Below are positions 56,287-64,000 of a stretch of 64,000 nt of DNA, one piece after another. Position 1 is the stretch's first letter; every line of letters begins with the position of its first letter. The DNA is from a bacterium (GTDB lineage: Bacteria; Hydrothermota; DG-26; JAUXAN01): contig JAUXAN010000004.1 of the NCBI GenBank assembly GCA_030619885.1, positions 12,575-76,574 on the forward strand, written 5' to 3'. Made by a program: the position numbers and the translations under genes. The notes under the pieces were generated by a model. That model had not been told where the DNA came from. It did no database searches and saw nothing but the letters and a program-made list of their open reading frames with translations.

Positions 56287-58140
56287 ATGGGTCTAAAAAG
56301 AGAACTTGGTCTTATTGATGTCTTTTGCATAGCATCGGGTGCTATGATAAGTTCTGGACTGTTCATTTTGCCCGGACTCGCATACGCCAAGGCAGGGCCC
56401 GCAGTAATCTTCTCATATATCCTGGCAGGTATCTTGGTTATACCCGCTATGCTTTCCAAGGCCGAACTTACTACCGCTATGCCAAAGGCAGGAGGAGTTT
56501 ACTTTTTCATTGAACGGAGTATGGGGGCTCCTTCGGGGGTTTTAGGTGGGTTTGCGGCTTGGTTTTCGCTCAGTTTTAAGACTGCATTCGCCCTTGTAGG
56601 AATGGGAGCATTCGCAGTACTGCTCAGCCCGGATATTACTCCCATACAGATGAAACTGATCGCAGTTGGATGCTGCCTCTTCTTTATGTGGGTCAATCTC
56701 GCTGGCGTTAAACTTGCAGGGAGGTTCCAGGTATCTCTGGTTCTCTTTCTTTTATCTATACTCATTTTATATATCTTTCGAGGTTCTCTCTCTATTCAAC
56801 CCGAAAGGTATACTCCTTTTATGCCTTTTGGTGCTGGTTCGGTCCTTGCAACGGCAGGTCTTGTCTTCGTCTCCTACGGTGGGCTGACAAAGGTTGCGAG
56901 TGTTGCTGAAGAGGTAAAGAATCCAGGACGTAATATCCCGTTAGGGATGTTTCTTGCCTTCGGCGTTATACTGTTGCTCTATATTATGGTTATCTTTACA
57001 ACCATAGGGTTGGTCACTCCTCAAGAACTTTCAAACTCACTCACCCCAATCTCACTTGGAGCCAGCAGTTTCTTTGGAACTCCCGGAATTATATTGATGG
57101 CAGTCGGTGCACTCCTGGCATTCATCTCTACCGCAAATGCAGGAATTATGGCAGCCTCTCGTAACCCGATGGCTATGAGCAGGGACCGACTTCTCCCTTC
57201 TTTCTTTCAAAAAGTGAATTCCAAATTTGGCACACCACATTTTTCTATAATTTTCACCACTGCTTTTATGATTTGCGTTATCCTATTTTTAGACCTTGAA
57301 AATCTGGTCAAGACCGCCTCAACTTTGAAGATTCTCCTTTTTACATTTGCAAATCTTTCCGTTATCATTATGCGAGAGAGTAGGATACGGAGTTATCAGC
57401 CAAAATTTCGTTCTCCCCTCTATCCATGGATTCAGATTATTGGAATAGTTGGATATGGATTCCTCATCTTTGAAATGGGCACAGTCCCAATTATGATAAC
57501 TACCGTATTCATTATTTGTGGCTTGGGTTGGTATCTCGCTTATGTTCGGATTGGTGTTACAAGAAAATCTGCTATCGTACATATCGTTGAGAGGGTTACG
57601 GATAAAAAACTGGCTACCGATTCTCTCGGAGAAGAGTTGAAGGGAATTTTAAGAGAGCGGGACGATATTATTGAAGATAGGTTCGACCATTTGATAAAAG
57701 AATCCAAGGTTCTCGACCTTAAAGGACAGCACTCGCTTGACAAGTTTCTTAAAATAGCCTCAGAGACCCTGTCTAAACGGCTGGATGTTAGTGCAGAGGA
57801 GCTTTTCAATCTATTCGTAGAGCGGGAAAAGGAGTCCACTACAGCCCTCCATCCAGGGCTTGCAATTCCACACATTATCGTTGATGGGAAGGGTAAATTT
57901 GAAATTCTTTTGGTCAGGTGTAAAGAAGGTATCATTTTCTCTTCCTCAGTTCCGCCTGTTAATATCGTATTTGTGCTCGCTGGTACGAGGGATGAGAGAA
58001 ATTTTCATCTCCGCAGTCTTATGTCAATTGCCCAGATTGCACAAGAGGTTGATTTCGATAGGCATTGGTTAGAAGCCAGAAATACTGAAGAACTGCGAGA
58101 TATCGTCTTATTGGCTAAAAGAAAGCGTGATATAGGATGA
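56287..58140 (+). CDS. APC-family amino acid permease fused to a C-terminal PTS EIIA-type domain
   Basis: GAMISSGLFILPG, PKAGG, SYGG..KVASVAEE; C-terminal TTALHPGLAIPH...HLRSLMSIAQ. Confidence 0.9.
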   Translation: MGLKRELGLIDVFCIASGAMISSGLFILPGLAYAKAGPAVIFSYILAGILVIPAMLSKAELTTAMPKAGGVYFFIERSMGAPSGVLGGFAAWFSLSFKTAFALVGMGAFAVLLSPDITPIQMKLIAVGCCLFFMWVNLAGVKLAGRFQVSLVLFLLSILILYIFRGSLSIQPERYTPFMPFGAGSVLATAGLVFVSYGGLTKVASVAEEVKNPGRNIPLGMFLAFGVILLLYIMVIFTTIGLVTPQELSNSLTPISLGASSFFGTPGIILMAVGALLAFISTANAGIMAASRNPMAMSRDRLLPSFFQKVNSKFGTPHFSIIFTTAFMICVILFLDLENLVKTASTLKILLFTFANLSVIIMRESRIRSYQPKFRSPLYPWIQIIGIVGYGFLIFEMGTVPIMITTVFIICGLGWYLAYVRIGVTRKSAIVHIVERVTDKKLATDSLGEELKGILRERDDIIEDRFDHLIKESKVLDLKGQHSLDKFLKIASETLSKRLDVSAEELFNLFVEREKESTTALHPGLAIPHIIVDGKGKFEILLVRCKEGIIFSSSVPPVNIVFVLAGTRDERNFHLRSLMSIAQIAQEVDFDRHWLEARNTEELRDIVLLAKRKRDIG

Positions 58141-59201
58141 AGCTCCTCCATACAGCAGACATACATTTAAGGGAATACGGGGATGAAAGGTGGGAAGCCC
58201 TCCAGAAACTGATTGAAATCGGTAAGAATGAAAAAATCACTTATTTTATAATAAGCGGTGACCTCTTCGATAGTGGTATCGATGCTGAAACCCTCCGTCC
58301 CCAGATACGGGATGCATTCTCAAATAATGGCTTTAAAATTTTTATAATTCCCGGGAATCATGATAAGGACTCGTATGGAAGCGGATTGTATTTTGGTGAT
58401 GATACGGTCATTTTAAACGACCCATCGCCTTTTGAGTATGAAAATATAAGGATTGTTGGATTGCCTTTTGAAGATATAGAAGGGGAAGAGATTCTTAATA
58501 AATTGCACTCGCTTAAAAAAGTCTTCTCTCCTAACAAAAAGAATATCCTGCTATACCATGGAGAATTGCTCGATGCCTTCTTTTCGAGAAAGGATTTTGG
58601 TGATGAGGAAGAGAAGAGATATATGCCTATCAGACTCTCTTACTTTGATGATTTGAATATCAACTATGTGCTTGGAGGACATTTCCATTCCAACTTCGAT
58701 CTGAGGAGATTAAAAAACGGCGGATATTTTGTCTATCCTGGCTCACCTGTTTCGATTACTAAAAGAGAGATAGGGGAGAGGAAGGTCAATATTTTTGAAG
58801 TTGGCAAACCACCAAGAGAATATCCACTCGATACCCCTCATTTTGAAGAGATAACCGTAGGACTCGACCCATTCAAAGCCACAGACCCTCAAAAACTTGT
58901 AAAAATGCATTTTGAAAAACTCCATCCACAAGCGAAAGCCATTCTAACCGTTACAGGGTATATCAATGGTAAAGAGATTAACGAGACCGAACTCAAAAAT
59001 CAGATAAAAAAAATAATTAAAAGTAGATGTGCTGAAGAAGATTACCATTACCTTATCAGTGACATTCAGGCAGTCCTCGAAGACGACCTGTTCAAAAGTT
59101 TTATGCAGAAACTCGAGGGAAGGTATGATAAAGAGAAGAAGAATTCGATGCGAACCATTGCAATCAAAGCAATGATGAAAACAAGTTATGAGAATAGATG
59201 A
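58137..59201 (+). CDS. Mre11/SbcD-like metallophosphoesterase (YhaO-like)
   Basis: HTADIH, SGDLFD, PGNHD, LYHG, LGGHFH, YPGSP. Confidence 0.9.
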   Translation: MKLLHTADIHLREYGDERWEALQKLIEIGKNEKITYFIISGDLFDSGIDAETLRPQIRDAFSNNGFKIFIIPGNHDKDSYGSGLYFGDDTVILNDPSPFEYENIRIVGLPFEDIEGEEILNKLHSLKKVFSPNKKNILLYHGELLDAFFSRKDFGDEEEKRYMPIRLSYFDDLNINYVLGGHFHSNFDLRRLKNGGYFVYPGSPVSITKREIGERKVNIFEVGKPPREYPLDTPHFEEITVGLDPFKATDPQKLVKMHFEKLHPQAKAILTVTGYINGKEINETELKNQIKKIIKSRCAEEDYHYLISDIQAVLEDDLFKSFMQKLEGRYDKEKKNSMRTIAIKAMMKTSYENR

Positions 59202-61518
59202 ATTTTCGATAAGGCGTTACGGACCCCTAAAAGATACAGGAAAGATTAAACTTGGTGATTTCACGCTATTTTTCGGAAGAAATGAAGAGGGCAAGACACT
59301 CACCATAGATGCGATGGTAAAGTTATTGTTGGGACGGAATTTGAAGGGTCTGCGTAACATAGATAGGGTAGAGGAGAATCCAGATGGGTACTTGATCATA
59401 AAATCTGACGAAGGGAAAGGGATAAAACTTCCAGAGAAAGGGAATTTAACGAAAATTGCCGATACAAGTCCATCGGAGTGTCGTAATATATTCATAATAA
59501 GAAATAGCGACCTATCCATTGAAGGTGAGAGTGAATTTTACCGAGATGTAACGGATCGGCTCACAGGATTAAAAAGCAAAACAATCCTTTCTGTAAAAAA
59601 AGAACTTCACAATATAGGAAAGATCACCCCTACCGGTGAATTTATTGATACAAAACCAGAAAAGATAAAGACGAGAATAAAATCTGCAGAGGAATTAGTT
59701 AAGAAAATTGCTAATTTGAACAAAAAAATCAAAGCCGAGAATCTTGATAAGATAGAAGAAGAAATTTCCCAAAAAAGAGAAGATATAGTGGAAGTTGAGA
59801 ACAAACTCAATAAGCTTGACCTTGCGCGGAAAAGGAAGAAATACGAAGAAGGGGAGAGGGCTCTAAAATCCATCGAATCCGCACTGAAAGAACTGAAGGC
59901 ATTGGAGGTGTACACAGAAGAGAATGAACAGGCATGGAGGGATTGCGAAAGGGATATTAAAACCGGTGCAGAACAGAGGGAAAAACTTTCATTAGAAGTT
60001 GATAGGAAGGAGAAAAGATTTGTGATGGAAGGAGGAGAACTTAAGAAAAAGGGGAGGGATTTTAACCTTCTTAAAGAGAGAAAAACAAAGTTAGATGAGG
60101 AATTGAAACCTGAAATAAAGAACTATACAAAGTTAGAAAAAGATTTGGCATCTAAAAAAGGCAAAGACAGATTCTATACATACACTACAATAATTTTGGC
60201 AATCTTATTGGCAATCTCTCTGTTTGGATATGTCGTAAGACCGTCTTCTCTATTTATTACATTCTCCATAATATTTGCAGTCTCGGCAGCCATTTCAACA
60301 ATACTCAAATTTCTCTTTGCGAGGGAAAAAGCCAAATCTGCAAGGCTATTTGAGTGGATTAAGCTAAACAGTTCAAGATTTGAACTGGCTGGAGAGAGTA
60401 TTGAAGAAGTTTTAGCAAATATCGAAAAATTCAACGAGGATTATTCTAAAAAGGAAGAAGAGTTGAAGGAACTCGAAAAAGATGTGACCGTATTGGAAAG
60501 CAGCATCGAAGACATACAAAGAAAAAGATTGCCTGAGATAGCAGACAAAATTAACAATGCTGAAAGGAAAGTAGAAAGTTTAAAAAGAAAATCAATGGTA
60601 GAGACCATCAAGGAATACACATCGAAGTTAAAGTTAAAACTCAAGTATGAAAAGTCGATAAAAGAACAGGCTGGTATATTGAAGAGCCATTTCGGCACGG
60701 ATACGAAAACATTGGAAGGAAATGTATTGCACTGGAGCAAGGAAGTGGGTGCACTAAAAGAATATGAGGGCAAAGCTAAAGAGATAGAGTATGACGAAAA
60801 AACTGTTACTCGATTGAAAGGGAAACAAAAATCGTTCTCAATTGAGGAAGAAGAAATGAGAAAAAAGATGGTTGGTCTCCGTGATGAATTAAAAGCCATA
60901 GAAAGAAGGGCAAACAATATTTTACGATTGCCCGAGAGGGAGGAAGATTATTTGCACTGCGATACATCTGTAGATTTAGACGCAATTAAAAATAAACTGC
61001 GAGACTTTGGCAAGGAAATGAACGACAAAAAGGACGATGTTATAGAAGTAATTAAAATTTTTGAAGAACTCGAGAGAGAAGAGGAAGAAAAAGTTTCGAG
61101 TCTTTTTGGTAAAGAGAGTTCTGTATCAAAATATTTTTCTGAGGTAACGGGTGGTATTTATGAGAAAATAGAATTTCTATCCGATGAGAAGAAGATAAAG
61201 GTTCACTTAAAAGATGGAGGTACTCTGGATGCTGAAAAACTATCCGGTGGTGCGTATGACCAGTTATATCTCTCCATTCGGCTCGCACTTGGAGAAAAAC
61301 TTTTGAAAGGGGAGAAGGGGTTTTTCATTATGGACGACCCGTTCATAAAATCTGATATAGAAAGGTTGAAAAGGCAACTTGTCATATTAAAAAGAATCGC
61401 TAAATTGGGCTGGCAGATTATATACTTCACAGCAAAAGATGAGGTAAAGGATATTTTAAAAAGGGATATAGAAAGCCGCAAAGTCAACTATACTGAAATT
61501 CACGCCATATTCTCTTAA
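59188..61518 (+). CDS. Rad50/SbcC-like coiled-coil ABC ATPase (YhaN-like) with two central TM helices
   Basis: GRNEEGKT Walker A, long coiled coil, LSGGAYDQLYLSIRLA signature, MDDPF Walker B. Confidence 0.88.
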   Translation: MRIDEFSIRRYGPLKDTGKIKLGDFTLFFGRNEEGKTLTIDAMVKLLLGRNLKGLRNIDRVEENPDGYLIIKSDEGKGIKLPEKGNLTKIADTSPSECRNIFIIRNSDLSIEGESEFYRDVTDRLTGLKSKTILSVKKELHNIGKITPTGEFIDTKPEKIKTRIKSAEELVKKIANLNKKIKAENLDKIEEEISQKREDIVEVENKLNKLDLARKRKKYEEGERALKSIESALKELKALEVYTEENEQAWRDCERDIKTGAEQREKLSLEVDRKEKRFVMEGGELKKKGRDFNLLKERKTKLDEELKPEIKNYTKLEKDLASKKGKDRFYTYTTIILAILLAISLFGYVVRPSSLFITFSIIFAVSAAISTILKFLFAREKAKSARLFEWIKLNSSRFELAGESIEEVLANIEKFNEDYSKKEEELKELEKDVTVLESSIEDIQRKRLPEIADKINNAERKVESLKRKSMVETIKEYTSKLKLKLKYEKSIKEQAGILKSHFGTDTKTLEGNVLHWSKEVGALKEYEGKAKEIEYDEKTVTRLKGKQKSFSIEEEEMRKKMVGLRDELKAIERRANNILRLPEREEDYLHCDTSVDLDAIKNKLRDFGKEMNDKKDDVIEVIKIFEELEREEEEKVSSLFGKESSVSKYFSEVTGGIYEKIEFLSDEKKIKVHLKDGGTLDAEKLSGGAYDQLYLSIRLALGEKLLKGEKGFFIMDDPFIKSDIERLKRQLVILKRIAKLGWQIIYFTAKDEVKDILKRDIESRKVNYTEIHAIFS

Positions 61519-61576
61519 TAGGACGCAGATTTAACCTATATTATGCGTTAATCTGGGAAATCCCTGAAATTACAGC

Positions 61577-61605
61577 TTGACAAATCCAATTCTATACTTT
61601 ATAAT
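61577..61605 (+). promoter_or_regulatory. Consensus sigma70 promoter of the abiE module
   Basis: TTGACA-17nt-TATAAT. Confidence 0.8.
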
Positions 61606-61645
61606 CATTTCTGTAAATCTTGGAAAAGGAAGAATTACAGAAATG
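61606..61645. promoter_or_regulatory. 16-bp inverted repeat; candidate AbiEi operator
   Basis: catttctgtaaatctt-ggaaaagg-aagaattacagaaatg (1 mismatch); covers the TSS region, RBS and ATG. Confidence 0.6.
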
Positions 61646-62278
61646 AAATATTTGGAGTTTAAAGATATTTTTGCCGAGTTTCCTCTTATTTCGTCGAGCC
61701 ACATTTTTAATGTTACTTCAAAACCCCATGCTCTAAGAGATCGCCTGACCGTGTGGCAGAAAAGAGGACTAGTTATTAAGCTAAGAAAAGGACTGTATAT
61801 TTTAAATGAAAAGGACAGAAAAATTCACCCATCCAGAATTTTTTTAGCCAACTCACTATATTCTCCTTCTTATGTAAGCACTGAATATGCTCTTGGCTAC
61901 TATGATTTAATTCCTGAAAAGGTTGAGGATGTCACATCTATTACTACAAAAAAGACTGCTAAATTTACGAATTCTTTTGGTACATTTCTTTATCAGCATC
62001 TGAAGACCAGTTTATTTTTTGGCTTCACAGAGATAGAAGATGAAAATGAGCTTCCAGTATTCGTTGCAGAACCCGAGAAAGCAGTGCTTGACTTTATTTA
62101 CTTGAATTTACAAGATCTTAAGGATAAAGGGAAGGACATTTTTAGTCTATCATATCGGTTTCAAAATCTGGATATCTTGAAAAGGAAAAAACTAACTGAT
62201 TATGCCAGAAAATATGAAAACAAAAGATTTGCTGATGTGGTGTCGAACTTGATAAGCTTTATAAAAGAATGGAGATAA
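61643..62278 (+). CDS. abiEi: AbiEi-like type IV antitoxin / transcriptional regulator
   Basis: LTVWQKRGLVIKLRKGLY, PSYVSTEYALGYYDLIPE, AEPEKAVLDFIY; the track's TTG start is the -35 box. Confidence 0.85.
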   Translation: MKYLEFKDIFAEFPLISSSHIFNVTSKPHALRDRLTVWQKRGLVIKLRKGLYILNEKDRKIHPSRIFLANSLYSPSYVSTEYALGYYDLIPEKVEDVTSITTKKTAKFTNSFGTFLYQHLKTSLFFGFTEIEDENELPVFVAEPEKAVLDFIYLNLQDLKDKGKDIFSLSYRFQNLDILKRKKLTDYARKYENKRFADVVSNLISFIKEWR

Positions 62279-62282
62279 TTCC

Positions 62283-63074
62283 ATGTTGAATTTGATTAAA
62301 AAAACTATTTCAAAAATCCCGAGCCATGAAGCAAAGATCCATACTACGAGAGAATTTCTACAATTACTTATATTGAAAATTCTCTATGACAAGGGTTATT
62401 TTAAAAATCTCTCTTTTGTTGGAGGAACAGCATTAAGATTTCTATACGGCTTACGAAGGTTCTCAGAAAATCTTGATTTTTCACTCATTAATAGAGAGAG
62501 CTATGAGTTTGATGTTTTTTTAAAGAGGGTAGTTTACGAGTTAGAAAAGAGGGGATTTTCTTTACAAGTTAAAAAGAGTATAGAGAAACCTATCCAATCG
62601 GGTATGTTTAAATTCAAGGATATTTTATTTAACTCGGGGCTATCTAATCAAAGAAGCCAAAAACTCTTTATCAAAATTGAGGTAGATTCAAAGCCACCAA
62701 AAGGGTGGAATACAGAAATTTCTTTAGTGAACAAGCATTTTGTTTTTACCGTAACGCATTTTGACATTCCCTCTCTTTATGCTACGAAACTCCACGCTTG
62801 TTTTTTTAGAAAATACACTAAAGGAAGAGACTTTTACGACCTTCTATGGTATCTCGGAAAAAAGGTACTTCCCAATTTTAAACTTCTCAATAATGCTATA
62901 AAACAGACAGAGTATAAGAAAGCAAATGTAGATGCGGAAAACTTCAATGACTTTTTAAGAGAAAGATTATTCACCATTGATTTTGTAAAAGTCAGAAAAG
63001 ATGTGGAGAGGTTTATAGAAGACAAGAACGAACTCAAACTGCTGGATAAGGATTTGATTCTGAAACTTGTCTAA
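62283..63074 (+). CDS. abiEii: AbiEii-family nucleotidyltransferase toxin (first catalytic Asp appears as Asn)
   Basis: FVGGTALRFLYGLRRFSENLDF, KLHAC, KGRDFYDL. Confidence 0.88.
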   Translation: MLNLIKKTISKIPSHEAKIHTTREFLQLLILKILYDKGYFKNLSFVGGTALRFLYGLRRFSENLDFSLINRESYEFDVFLKRVVYELEKRGFSLQVKKSIEKPIQSGMFKFKDILFNSGLSNQRSQKLFIKIEVDSKPPKGWNTEISLVNKHFVFTVTHFDIPSLYATKLHACFFRKYTKGRDFYDLLWYLGKKVLPNFKLLNNAIKQTEYKKANVDAENFNDFLRERLFTIDFVKVRKDVERFIEDKNELKLLDKDLILKLV

Positions 63075-63121
63075 ATGTTTAACCCCATTGGATGGATACC
63101 GTTGAGACATTGGTCTCAATT

Positions 63122-63277
63122 TTACTTTTCTATTTCGTATACCTTGGTGAAGGCATATTTGGTGCAGAGCGGACCCACAAGTTCATATACGACTGTGCAG
63201 CCTATTATCACCGATAGAATGGTGGCACCTGCTTCTACAAAAGTCAAGATTGGGATCAGGTCTTGAATCGTGCTTAA
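63122..63277 (-). pseudogene. 3' remnant of a cation:proton antiporter-like gene
   Basis: hand translation: ...GATILSVIIGCTVVYELVGPLCTKYAFTKVYEIEK*; in-frame stop upstream, no start. Confidence 0.55.
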
Positions 63278-63457
63278 CTACAGAATTCTTATTTAATAGA
63301 ACGCAGATTTACGCAGATAACCACAGATTTATTCAATACTTTCAAGAACCGTCCCCAATGGCCGTCTCATATTTCATATTTGATACTGATTAGATGTTTT
63401 GATAATTATCTAAATGTCTAACAGCAGAACCTGATTCCAACCTTGTCTTCAAATATT

Positions 63458-64000
63458 TCAATAATATTTTTCAAAAACCTTTCGAAAATGGAAACCATAA
63501 ATCGTAAGTGTTATTGCCAGTGGGAAAAGTCGCGGGCGTGTGAACATAGTCTCAAAAAAGAGTCTCCAATAATGAAACCTTTCTTTTTCTATTATACCTA
63601 AAAACAATATAGATATAAAGAATGCCACAAGATGGCTGAAACGGAATCGCTTTCCTTTTTGTAACGGCTTATAATTTTTTAGAAACCCCCTAACCCGTTC
63701 ATAATAATAGTCGGGAGAATAGATTGTTTTGAGAATCTTTTTATATCCGTCGATAAGTGTTTTATAACGCATTTTAGGGATAAAGTTGATTGAACAGTCT
63801 GTGTTATCACCAGAAATATCTTTCAGCAATCGATTCTCTTTTTCAAGACGCTGGTGCAATCTTGTGCCACGGAGAGCATTTAATAGACCAACCATAGCAG
63901 TGACAATTCCACTTTTTTGAATGAACTTAATTTGTGTTTCAAAAATTGAAAGTGGATCGTTATCAAAACCAACAATAAATCCTCCCTGCACCTGCAAGCC
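63458..64000 (-). CDS. B12-binding radical SAM protein with DUF4070-like C-terminus (5' part outside the window)
   Basis: GGFIVGFDND, AMVGLLNALRGTRLHQRL, NFIPKM, IYGFHFRK. Confidence 0.8.
   Translation of the reverse strand, partial: GLQVQGGFIVGFDNDPLSIFETQIKFIQKSGIVTAMVGLLNALRGTRLHQRLEKENRLLKDISGDNTDCSINFIPKMRYKTLIDGYKKILKTIYSPDYYYERVRGFLKNYKPLQKGKRFRFSHLVAFFISILFLGIIEKERFHYWRLFFETMFTRPRLFPLAITLTIYGFHFRKVFEKYY

Noticed and set aside
922-63266. Numerous 60-170 aa ORFs in the track that overlap longer genes on the opposite strand or in another frame (e.g. 4189-4581, 10651-11148, 31433-31885, 45340-45843, 63075-63266)
   Set aside because: Shadow ORFs of well-supported genes, with no RBS or recognisable motifs

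Overview
Bacterial chromosomal window from an anaerobe with fairly low GC; the taxon cannot be fixed from sequence alone. No rRNA, tRNA, CRISPR array or intact transposase was seen. Left to right: a DUF5916 exported protein; a metH-like/metV/metF operon; a GGDEF + HD-GYP c-di-GMP pair; spoIID-like, beta-propeller, pgi/pmi, ptsI and ptsH genes; mtaB; a glycosyltransferase/sugar-transferase pair; HU; a metal-uptake block (putative Mn transporter, fur-feoA-feoB). The centrepiece is a ~24 kb minus-strand gene run (51159->27197) downstream of a clear sigma54 promoter, tandem enhancer-like sites and an adjacent NtrC-type/histidine-kinase pair. It joins three HdrA paralogues (two giant HdrL-type with NfnB/GltD inserts), two MvhD, HdrB, a FrhB-like protein and a CCG-domain Fe-S protein with lipoate machinery (an LbpA-like GcvH and a lipoate ligase). 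It also holds a receiver-GcvH-HdrC fusion, two paralogous unknown proteins that each follow mvhD, a degenerate 2-oxoacid oxidoreductase beta subunit, and a frameshifted mdh. The right end holds ispA, an APC permease-EIIA fusion, an Mre11/Rad50-like pair, an AbiEi/AbiEii module and a truncated radical SAM gene. Other notable points: the MetH-like protein has lost all three zinc-binding cysteines, and several families of tiny repeats (nested 18/20-bp palindromic units, REP-like hairpins, 7-mer and 9-mer tracts) occupy intergenic gaps and even hdrA coding loops, one coinciding with a frameshift.
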